Of a DNA stretch of 64,000 bases, positions 13,189 through 23,684 are shown one piece after another. Every line of letters starts with the position of its first letter. Position 1 is the first letter of the stretch. A program made the translations under genes and the position numbers. Origin of the DNA: Paragordius varius. Lineage: Eukaryota; Animalia; Nematomorpha. The DNA is taken from positions 7,998,001-8,062,000 of the forward strand of contig OZ176051.1 of NCBI GenBank assembly GCA_964247055.1, given 5' to 3'. The notes below the pieces were generated by a model that did not search any database, had not been told where the DNA came from, and saw only the letters and a list, made by a program, of their open reading frames with translations.

Positions 13189-14257
13189 TTAAACGGGTCC
13201 GCAATTAACATATTGAAGGGTCGAAATAGCGATTTGTTCTTGATGTCTTACCAAATATTCAAAGACTACCGTAGTTTGAAATTCCATAAAAAGGGCATGA
13301 AACCATGAAGAGTTATAGGAGCAAAATGTTCTAATGTAATGATATAAATATTTTATTTCCTTAACAATAGAAACTCAATTAATATATAATATGAATAACT
13401 TTCTTTCTATAACTTAATTCATTGAAAGAGCATTGTTTCATGGTATTTTTTTTAATTTATAACGAATTTGACTTTTTCTTTTAAAGGTATAACAGATATA
13501 TAGTTTATTATCCTAAAAATGAATGAATCAAAAAACTAACCGAAAAAACAAAAACCAAAGATGATAATTAATAAATACTAAAATATAGCAGGTAAGACAT
13601 TAATTATTTAAATACCAAATTCATAAAGCACTTTAAAGTAATAAAAAAATTACGCTATTAGTCCTTCCTTATCACCAAAAGTTATGTTCATGGGTATATC
13701 CAAATTTCGGGATCGTCTAAAATATATATGTATGAATACCTAGATGGTACATTGATTTGACTAAGATTATACGAAGTTTGCATACGTTTGGATTCAAATG
13801 TTGCTGTCATTGTAGCATTTTTTATTTGTATGGGGAAATAATTTGAATTTATGACTTTAAAAGTATTCTAAATATTTTATTTTGTAAGTAAAATATTTAA
13901 TATAATTATAATTAAATTAATATACTATAAAGGCCAAGGCAACAATGTTTTGAGTTGTATTGATATATACATAATAAGGTTGAATTTTATGAAGAGAACT
14001 TGTGAGATTTGTGGTCCGAGGAAACAAAAACCAAATGAGGGCACCACTAACAATGGTGCATATTATAATAGAGAGAGTAACGTATAACGAACTAAAATTA
14101 AAAAATGAATACGTTCTTCTAGGTTTGAGTCGGTTATCAGTGTATGGAATTAAGGCAACTAACTTGGCTTCTTGTTCTGAAAATATAATTACATATATCA
14201 ACCTTTAGGTATCTTGCCGAAACCGTTACAGCTTGGGCAAGGGACAGAACCTTTCAT
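13189..14257 (-). CDS. TMEM106: Transmembrane protein 106 family member (~205 aa from first in-frame ATG; 5' end uncertain)
   Basis: Exons 14257-14203, 14176-14113, 14091-13926, 13867-13740, 13716-13654, 13330-13189 join in frame (618 nt). They give [38 protein letters not shown], a TM helix, and ...HQEQIAISTLQYVNCG, matching TMEM106B motifs [32 protein letters not shown] and YQYVDCG. Confidence 0.93.
13717..13739 (-). other. 23-nt GT-AG micro-intron in TMEM106
   Basis: GTATTCATACATATATATTTTAG; retention leads to an early TGA, removal restores the frame into the downstream exons. Confidence 0.85.
14092..14112 (-). other. 21-nt GT-AG micro-intron in TMEM106 (3n, no stop)
   Basis: GTATTCATTTTTTAATTTTAG; removal converts PRRTYSFFNFSSLYV to PRRTSLYV, gap-free with the family motif PRRTKLYV. 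Confidence 0.75.
14177..14202 (-). other. 26-nt GT-AG micro-intron in TMEM106
   Basis: GTTGATATATGTAATTATATTTTCAG; bridges two frames ([10 protein letters not shown]); retention gives KIPKG*. Confidence 0.88.
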
Positions 14258-14903
14258 TAATTCTTCATATTCTTCTCCATTTTCATTCAAGAGAAGCGTA
14301 TGAGTATCAAGGTGTATCAAGAAAAGGGTGTAGCAGACCCACGTCGCCACTGTCCACAAAAGACGTCCCTTGCTGCCCTTCCAAACACCAGTCAATGGTG
14401 GTTCAGTGACAGCCGTCTAGTTGCGTCAGGGGTCGAGTTGACTTCTAGGGATATAATGATAAGTTTATATAAAGATATGTATGAAATAAAATGAAGATAT
14501 ATTTGACATTTACTGTAAAATAAATCCAATCGACTATGTCCTATATATTTATACTAATGTTTAATAGATCTAATATTCTTTAAGCTTAATTCAATCGAAT
14601 GCATATTTTCATACTGTAACAGTATTTATCTTGTTTGATACGATTTTATAAACCAATATTTAACTTTTGCTAGTGCGTATTTCCGTTTTTAGTCCATGTT
14701 TTTTTATAGTCTATAAATTCCAGTTGGTATTCATAAAGTGTCTGATATTTAAATCAATTTTTCTCCTTTTATATGTAAATCTAACATTTATAGACCAATA
14801 AATTAAATTTTCTTTAATCAATCTCTTAATTAAAACAATTTTTTCCCTTTGTAAAGTCCTCTTAAGATACCGCATTCGTTATCTTTAATCTATAAATTTC
14901 AGT

Positions 14904-15764
14904 TGTTATTTGCCTTTATAATACATTTAAAATACCGCATTATAAATCTTTTTAATTTTTACAAGCAAATTAACAGTAGCAAATGGTTAAGATTTAACAT
15001 ATTTTTTAATGACTTTTTTTATATAAATAATAAATGTGTAAAATCTAACAGTAGCAAATGGTTAAAATGTAACAAACTTTTTAGTGACTATTTTAAAAAT
15101 AATAAATATGTAAAATCTAAAGGACATTTAAAATAAAGTAAAATATAAAAATGCTTATCTCTAAGTTACGCATGGAAGTTCCAAAGGGACTACGTTCAGC
15201 TTGGTCGTAGCAACGAAACGTAAACTTTCCCGTGCCTGTGTCAATCTTTCCTCCTATGCGACTACAGCGGCACGCCCCACAGCGCTCCTATTATTATGCT
15301 AAAAAGCAAAGGCATACAAATGGGGAGCCTAAGTGAGTGCATATAGAGTGACACCTTAGACGAAGCGGTACACATCCCGCTAAGCTATAGACTATCCGGG
15401 AAAGATCGTTACAATCAACGTCATGCGGTCGTCCAACCAATACTGGCATGCAATACATTCCCTTGCGTGTTTGTTGAGAATATTTATTTTTAGTCATAAT
15501 ATTACCATTATTATAAAGTTCTCATTTTAGGCAAAGAATTACAATGACAATGTTCGTAAGTCCCAATAAAAACATAATTTTCATTCAATAAGCGTTCTTG
15601 TAGATAAGGTGCAATTAGGATTATCATATCTTATAAATAGTGCATGAAGTTTTAAGTATAGAAGCCAAAAACTCGTTTTCCAATTTTCAGCGAATAAAAG
15701 TATATAGTCTGGTTGTGATTCATAAATCCAAAAGTAACCGAATAAAATATCCAGGCGAAGAAGA
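14904..15764. repeat. 861-bp local duplication, copy 1 (copy 2 at 16091-16951)
   Basis: Near-identical sequence at offset ~1187 with small indels; AT-rich repeat part plus a GC-richer core. Confidence 0.9.
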
Positions 15765-16090
15765 CAATTCCTAACTTCAGCATTGGTGTAGTAACAACGT
15801 ACAAATTGTTCTCCTATTTGCTTAACCTGTTCGTGAGCGGATGCCGCATTAGTGTATATTTAGGTAGGGAAATATTTAAAAATATCATATGAAATAAAGA
15901 ATATATTATCGATCTAAGTAGGTCCTGAGATGTGAAGTTCGGATTTGTCTTGGCATATTGAGTAATATTATATAAACCATTTGTGGATAACAATCAAATG
16001 TCATTTTTTTGGGAATTATCCATTGCCTGGCTTATTTTAAAAACTCATGTTTAAATTAAACATATCTGTATCATTCCATTTGTTGAGAGG

Positions 16091-16951
16091 TGTTATTTGC
16101 CTTTATAATACATTTAAATACCGCATTATAAATCTTTTTAATTTTTACAAGCAAATTAACAGTAGCAGATGGTTAAGATTTAACATATTTTTAATGACTT
16201 TTTTTTATATAAATAATAAATGTGTAAAATCTAACAGTAGCAAATGGTTAAAATTTAACAAACTTTTAAATGGCTATATTTAAAAATAATAAATGTGTAA
16301 AATCTAAAGGACATTTAAAATAAAGTAAAATAAAATGCTTATCTCTAAGTTACGCATGAAAGTTCCAAAGGGACTACGTTCAGCTTGGTCGTAGCAACGA
16401 AACGTAAACTTTCCTCCCGTGCCTGTGTCAATCTTTCCTCCTATGCGACTACAGCGGCACGCCCCACAGCGCTCCTATCATTATGCTAAAAAGCAAAGGC
16501 ATACAAATGGGGAACCTAAGTGAGTGCATATAGAGTGACACCTTAGACGAAGCGGTACACATCCCGCTAAGCTATGGCTATCCGGGAAGATCGTTACAAT
16601 CAGCGTCATGCGGTCGTCCAACCAATACTGGCATGCAATACATTCCCTTGCGTGTTTGTTGAGAATATTTATTTTTAGTCATAGTATTACCATTATTATA
16701 AAGTTATCTCATTTTAGGCAGAGAATTACAATGACTATGTAAGTCCCAGTAAAAACATAATTTTCATCAAATAAGCGTTCTTGTAGATAAGGTGTAATTA
16801 GGATTATCATATCTTATAAATAGTGCATGAAGTTATAAGTGTTTTAGAAGCCAAAAGAAACTCGTTTTCCAATTTTCAGCAAATAAAAGTATATAGTCTG
16901 GTTGGATTCATAAATTCAAAGTAACCGAATAACATATCCAGGCGAAGAAGA
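16091..16951. repeat. 861-bp local duplication, copy 2
   Basis: Matches 14904-15764 from TGTTATTTGCC to CCAGGCGAAGAAGA. Confidence 0.9.
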
Positions 16952-17526
16952 TGTGTCATATCAGAATCCTTCATAAGTCAAAGATGCACAATCCCGTAAA
17001 TTTTGAAAGAATGCAAATTAAAATATATCGGATAATCAGGTTTTGATCGAATAGTCATCAATCTAGTTATTGGACGTAAGACTTCATAATTTTAAATTTA
17101 ATCCAAGTATAACATCCTTTACAAGACGCATTCATCAGTATCAATAGCAGGCAATTTAACGTTAATCAACTCTATAAGCGGTTCATCTTCATTTTCAGTT
17201 TTTATAATAATAGCCATATTCTGAACTTTTATACCTGATCAACTCACATTTTTTTTATCACGTCCATGAAGTCTCCTTTGTAAACTGTTATATATTTGGT
17301 GAATTTTCATTCAGTCATATGCTTCTTACATATATTTCATGCGGGCACCGGCCGTCCTGATCGGCGGCTCTTTTGAATACCTCTGTATTTTGTTAATTAT
17401 ATAATATATAGCATAGATCTCCTTAAATAACGCAAAAAATGATTTTATCCTTGATTTTCAGGATTTAGTTCTTAATTGGGGTATTCAGGAGCCAGTTTAG
17501 GCATTACAGTAAATAGCGAAATTAAT

Positions 17527-18629
17527 GGATGGATGGATGGATCTCTGTTGTCAAGGGGTCCCTTGGCATCCCGTCGTGACGGGGTTTAGTGTTTGATCAT
17601 TGCATCGAAGGATTTTTTGTTTAACCAGTCCCCGGCTTTTATGTTTTTGGACGTAGGTCTTGGGTAATGTTTTTGTCCCATGTTATTGCTGGACGACCAC
17701 TGTTTTGTTTGTTTGGCTTAAGGTTTGTTATATTTTTAATCCAATTATCGTTATCTAATCTTTGAATGTGACCGTAATAGCCAAGTCTACGGATTTGAAT
17801 ATATTTTGAGATTGGTAGGATTTGTTTATCATGAGAGATTGTTCGCTTAAATGTATTTATCATTCTTTGTTCCATATTATCCAGCATATTTTCCTGTGTT
17901 TTACTTATTTGCCATGTTTCGCAAGCATAAGTTATAGTGGGTCTAACGCCAATTAGGTATATTTTGTTTTTTGTTTTTGTAGATATGTGTTTATTGGTAA
18001 ATATGTATTTATATTGGTTGTATCTACCCCAACCAATTCTTATGCGATTTTTGATGGCTTCAGATGAACCTCCTTGAGCGGAAATGGTATCACCAAGGTA
18101 GGTAAACTTTTGTACTTTTTGAATTTCGCTGTCACCTATTTTAAGGTAGGTTTCAGCTTCTATGGGTGGAATATATTGTTTGGATAGAGTACATGGGGGG
18201 CATATATAATTATTATTATTTTTTAAAGTTCCCTTTAATCCCGAACATGGTTTGTGTAACCAGTATTGACACTTAGTGCATTGGATGGAGTTTAGACCTA
18301 CATTTTTTAGGCATGCGCGGCATGGGTATTTGATTTGATTGGTTTTTTTGTCGCCTGTTATCATAACCTTAGTTTTATGAATGTTGATTGTGAGACCATG
18401 TCGCTCAGGGCAGGTTTTCCAGAGTTTGAACTTTTGGCTGAGTTCGTTTAGATTTTCTGACGTTAACAATAAATCATCAGCGTAGATGAGCTCCCAAGGA
18501 AGACCAGTACGGATCTCATCACTGATGGTGTCTATTATTATGGTGAATAGAAGGGGGCTAAGAACAGAACCTTGGTGTAGTCCTGTTGTGATGTGGAATG
18601 GAATTGTGTACCCGAAATGTGTGTTAACA
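17527..18629 (-). mobile_element. RTE-clade LINE, 3' segment (RT motifs QGSVLSP and YADD, PHD-like finger, 3' UTR, (ATCC)n tail)
   Basis: Minus frame reads VNTHFGYTIPFHITTGLHQGSVLSPLLF...LPWELIYADDL...GLTINIHKTKVM...FTYLGD...RRLGYYGHIQR...GRPAITW; GGAT repeats at ~17527-17542. Confidence 0.93.
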
Positions 18630-19892
18630 ATTCTTTGATAGTAGCAGAACTACATATAAATAGTAATAACAATAAAAATATAGTCTTAAAAGCTAAAATA
18701 AATAGTAATGCCCTCTCCAAACCAGAAAAAATGAATTTCTTCCAAAATGAGACAGCCAATATAGCTATAGACGAAAATATGAGTGTTGAAAATATATGGA
18801 CCACCTTGAAAAACGGGGCAGTAAAGACTGCACTTAAAGTTTGCGGCAGAAAAAAGTATGGCGGTAGGCCACAAAAGAAATGGTGGTGGTCAAATGAAAT
18901 TAAAAGTCACACATCGAAAAAATTTGAATTGTTTAAAAAATGGAAAAAATCAGGCCTCGATAAAGATAAGTTAGCTTATTTAAATCATAAAAAATATGTC
19001 AATAAGTTGATTGATGCCCAAAAGAACAAGAGGAGCAGAGAAATAGCTGATGAAATTGAAAGAGATACATCCGATTCGAGAATATTTAGAAAAGTAAAAA
19101 ATAGAATACAAAATAAGCAAGATATACCAACCAATAAATATATTAATGATAAAGACGGTACAACTATGACCAAACCTGAAGACGTGAAACTAACTTGGCT
19201 TGAATATATGAAGGGAGTTTTAAATGAATCAAATCACGTCGACGAACTGCCAACATTACCTTTTAACATTGGCCCCACACCACTCATTAATGAAATCGAC
19301 ATAGAAAACGCATTAAAAAAAAATGAAAAACAATAAAGCGGCAGGACCGTCTGAACTCTCAGCTGACTTATTGAAAGGTATAAAGTTTAAGAGTCCCATT
19401 TTAACAACCCTTTTCAACAAAATAATAATCGAGAATAAGATCCCATCCGATTGGCAAAATAGTATAACCATTCCAATCTACAAAAATAAAGGAAATAAAC
19501 TTAATTGCGCGTCATATCGTCCAATTAAACTACTAGAACATACTATGAAAGTTTTTGAATCAATTTTAGCTTAGAAAATAAGGGACATAGTTAATATTGA
19601 CAACATGCAGTTTGCCTTCCGTCAAGGCTGCAGCACAACAGACCCCATATTTATATTAAGGCGTCTTCAAGAAAACTATCTTTCTAAAGCAAGCCAATTA
19701 TACCATCTATTTATTGACATGGAGAAAGCGTTCGATAAAATCCATCGAACGCTCATTTTCTGGTGTCTTCAAAAAAAGGAGTAGACAAATGGATCATAGA
19801 TGCAATAAAGTTATTATATGATAACAGTAAAACCTGTGTTAACACACATTTCGGGTACACAATTCCATTCCACATCACAACAGGACTACACC
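18630..19892 (+). mobile_element. RTE-clade LINE, inverted 5' segment (post-endonuclease linker and RT N-half), pseudogenised
   Basis: KKWWWSNEIK, KAAGPS, YRPIKLLEHTMKVFE, QFAFRQGCSTTD, FIDMEKAFD. Frameshifts at A-runs ~19315-19323 and ~19771-19777; TAG at 19572. Confidence 0.92.
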
Positions 19893-20174
19893 GAAAATTA
19901 ATCAAATAATTAAAAATAAATCCTGATGACAATTTATTTTGCTTAAAAGTAACTTCGGTAATATGATGTTAGGTTTTATATTAAACTATTTCGCTTTAAT
20001 TATCATTTACTGTATCAGCTGAAAAAAGTCTAAAAGCGCCATTCCGGTTGCAGAAAGGATTTCGGAACCATTTTTTTCGTTTCATATAGAACGGTTCCGC
20101 AGCTAATGGTCCTGCTCCGACAAATTATATTCCGGTTTCCCTCGATGTTGAATTTTGGATGTAAGATCCATAAG

Positions 20175-20654
20175 TTTACACTTTGATTCAAATAGGAGTA
20201 CCTAATCCCTCCAGACTATATTTTAGTTATATTTCTAAAAAACTGTTAAAAGAAACGGTTCCAAAATTATACTTCTATCCTAATAAAAATATATAAATTC
20301 CAAAAAATCAAACTGAATTTAGCCTTAAATAAATTTCCATATTCAACTACGCCATCATTTTTTTACAACATTTTTGCACAATATGTGCTTATTTGTTTTT
20401 AACGCTAGTATTATTTTTTTGAATCGCATCAAAAAAGGTTTTTTCCATTATTTTTATATTTAGCTACTGCCCTTGAGAACTTTCTGGAGGCTATCCATAA
20501 AATAAATAAATTTATTCTAAATGCTTTTTTTATAGTGCAACTTATTATATATGCACAAACTTTTTTCAAATTGTTTCATATTTTTACAAATATTTGATAA
20601 ACACTGGGGTCCCTACAAACCCAAATTGAAAATGTGTTGTATCCAAGTGTTTTA
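20175..20654. mobile_element. TTAA-ended MITE family copy (degenerate ends)
   Basis: CACTTTGATTC left end and GTGTTGTATCCAAGTGT right end as in the other copies. Confidence 0.6.
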
Positions 20655-21287
20655 AAATAATACCCAGATTGTTTCTGTCATTATTATCATATAAGACCTT
20701 AATTTATTTTGCCATATAAAAAAACTGGATAGTTTATGATGTATCAATGACTCGTAAATAAAGAACAAAAATTTATTAATTAAAATAAGAAATTTTGGAC
20801 CTAAAATATCTTTATTCCAAAAACCACACTATATAATTTATATGGCGCATTTATATTTAGAGTTTTTATAATTATTCAAGGTACTAGAAATGTTCAGCCT
20901 AATCGTATATAGAAAAATTGTATTATTATTTTGTGTCTTTTATAACGTTTCCACCAGGCCTGCAAAAAATAATAAAATGCCCTTAATTAAAATTTTGAGG
21001 CATTTCTTCACTATTAATTTTTTTGTATGATTATAGTCCGCTTTAATGTAGAGATATATTTCTGGGGCCCAATTTCATTTGCATTATGAAATTTTTATAC
21101 AATTCTATGAAAAATATTTGTCTCAACACTAAGTAATTTAGCCTATTAAAACAATTATTTTAGGTTATTTATAATGATCGACTCAAGAAAGTAAACCATA
21201 CAAAAAGTTATAAAATCAATAAACGTAATAACTATATTGCATAATTAACATGTATATTAATTTTTCAAAGATCCGGCTGCATGTGCA

Positions 21288-22149
21288 TAGAGTGACCAGA
21301 TTTTTTGAAGGAAAGAGCGGGACAAATCTGAGAAAGGGGGGGGGGGGCATGGGCGGGTACAATCAAAAATTTTTATACAAAAAATTTATTTTAGTTTTAT
21401 TCATTGGTCTCAGGTTATTCGTACCTTTTTCAATATACATGTGCGCGAACAAAATGCATTTTCTGAAATAAACAAAGCTTTACACTAAATAAATTTTATA
21501 TCGCTATATTCTGATGCACAAAACTATTTCCCACTCTCATTCTCTACCCAGTGAAAATTCTGACATAAATTTTACTTCAATAATGAATATTCTGGGAAAA
21601 AATTATTCAAAAAACAAAATCATCGTTAAGTGCGCTGGGTGGAAATGCAAGGAGCGGCACAAAAAATATTTTTAAGGATTTAGCGAATAATCTTAATCAA
21701 AACATTATTGGCGGATCACAACGCTATTCAAACAGCTGCTGATTTGTTACCCCTTGATGTGGAAAATGTAGTTGTTAATATGCTTGATCATTAAATTTAC
21801 AACCCCTTTTTGGACTCATATTTTTAAACTAATATTAGTATAAAAAATATTATATTACCTTAATTTTCTGGAGTAAACGTATAAGCTACCGATTTGTGGT
21901 ATTAATTTGTCTTTTCGATAATGTTGGCAGTAGGAGTAGTTCGAAAAAAATAAATATTTTTAATTTAAAAATAAAAAAATTTAATTTAAAATTGATATAG
22001 ATTTTAAAAAAAACTAATAATAAAAAAATAAATTTTTATAAAAAATTTAAATGTATTTGATTTTATATAATCGTGAAAAAGCGAGACATTTCAAAAACGA
22101 AGCGGGACGCGGGATAAAGTGTGAAAAAGTGGGACGTCTGGTCACTTTA
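21288..22149 (+). mobile_element. hAT (Blackjack-like) internal-deletion derivative with transposase remnant
   Basis: TIR TAGAGTGACCAGA / TCTGGTCACTTTA (12/13); 8-bp TSD CATGTGCA / CATATGCA. Internal frameshifted GGNARSGTKNIFKDL...HNAIQTAADLLPLDVE resembles a hAT transposase segment. Confidence 0.85.
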
Positions 22150-23684
22150 CATATGCACCTTGATTTTATCAGTAAGATTCGGTATGAATGGTGGGACCAA
22201 AGAATGCCTTTATAATCACAAATGCGACCGCTAAAATATTATATAGGTTTATCTCATGTTATAAAATATTTTTATATAACTCCAATAATCAGTATTGATT
22301 CCAAAAATAGCTTAATAAAGATATTAATATCCAAATAAAATGTATATGGACACCTCCGGTTAGTTTTGGTTAAAAACGTTAATAAGCGATAGAAAAAATT
22401 TGGATAGTTTAATTTTTTTTTAAATACTTATTAAGAACGGATTAAAAGCGGATCAGCTATAACATGCGATTTAATAATTTTGAAAACGCGGCTCATGGAC
22501 AGCATGGAGCCCTAAAGTGCTATTGGTGACCCAGCATTATTAATAAGGCATTAGAATTATAGTATAAATATATAATTATCTATCAAACAGATTTATTTGT
22601 TCTATATCTTGCCACAATAAAAATTCTCTTTGGCTACACAGGTTTTGTTGGTACTGGATTAAATAATATCAAAAAATTACTTCATCGCAAAACAATTTTA
22701 TATTATAATACAATCATGGCAAAAAATATAAAGTAATATTTTTCATTTCACTTTTTTGAAAATTTTTTAGCAGTTTTGAACGAATATATTTAAATTAAAA
22801 TATATCCATAAATTAAATAATAAATATTACAGCAAATTTCATTTTAATATACGCGAAATATATTTAAATATAATTATATTAATGTTTTTAAATTATGGAT
22901 GATTTGATTTAGCAGACAAAACAAGACTATCATTAAATATACACAGCACCGATGTATGTTTTTAATTTATTAAAGAACCAAAATATATCTACATCTAAAT
23001 TTATCTTTTAAAATTTATTTTGAATTGTTAAAATAATTTTGAAAACGATCCACGATTCATAGATTTTTGAATCTTATTATTGTTCATTAAAAAATGCGAT
23101 TACTTTTTGGAGGGAAGGTCCCTCATTATTCCCAAATTAGGGTTGGGAAATAGAGCTTTATTTTGCATTTATTGCTACAGATGTAGGAAATGAAAAATAT
23201 AAAAGCAGATCTTTCCGCTAAACTCAAATGCCGTTAAAGTTTAAAAATTCCTGTTGTGCGAGGTAACGCTTCCCAAGCTGGCTTGTAAATTTGATTATCA
23301 AATATTTTCATTACTATAAATATTTCCCAAAATCAAACATAGTTACTATAAAAAATATATTTGGTTCATACTTATAAAAACACAGTGATTGAAACAAAAT
23401 ATTTCAAATATGGCCATAGTTTGTCCTTGGATAAAAAACGCATTAAAAAACAAAACTTTAAAATTATCCAGACTACACCTCAAAAATATATTTGTTTTTT
23501 GACGTATTAATGTAATGTAATTGGAAAAACTTTTATATGTAAAATTCCAATATATAAGGGGATACACTATATATATGTATTTATGACCATTAATAATATT
23601 TTTTCAGATGAAACATTAAAAAAATCAAAAATTATGATATAATTTATTGTAAGAAAAGTAGTTTTGCCAAATTATTCATCTGCA

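Noticed and set aside
13631-13653. A fourth 23-nt GT-AG candidate in TMEM106
   Set aside because: Splicing here gives an immediate stop (AAL*), while the 323-nt intron to 13331 restores the conserved final exon. It could at most be a minor isoform.
14904-16951. LTR retrotransposon interpretation of the 861-bp direct repeats
   Set aside because: They start with TGT but do not both end in CA; no TGG primer-binding site and no convincing TSD.
18538-19173. Minus-strand ORFs within the inverted LINE segment
   Set aside because: Antisense to the RTE coding frame; the 18538-18804 ORF merely crosses the inversion junction.
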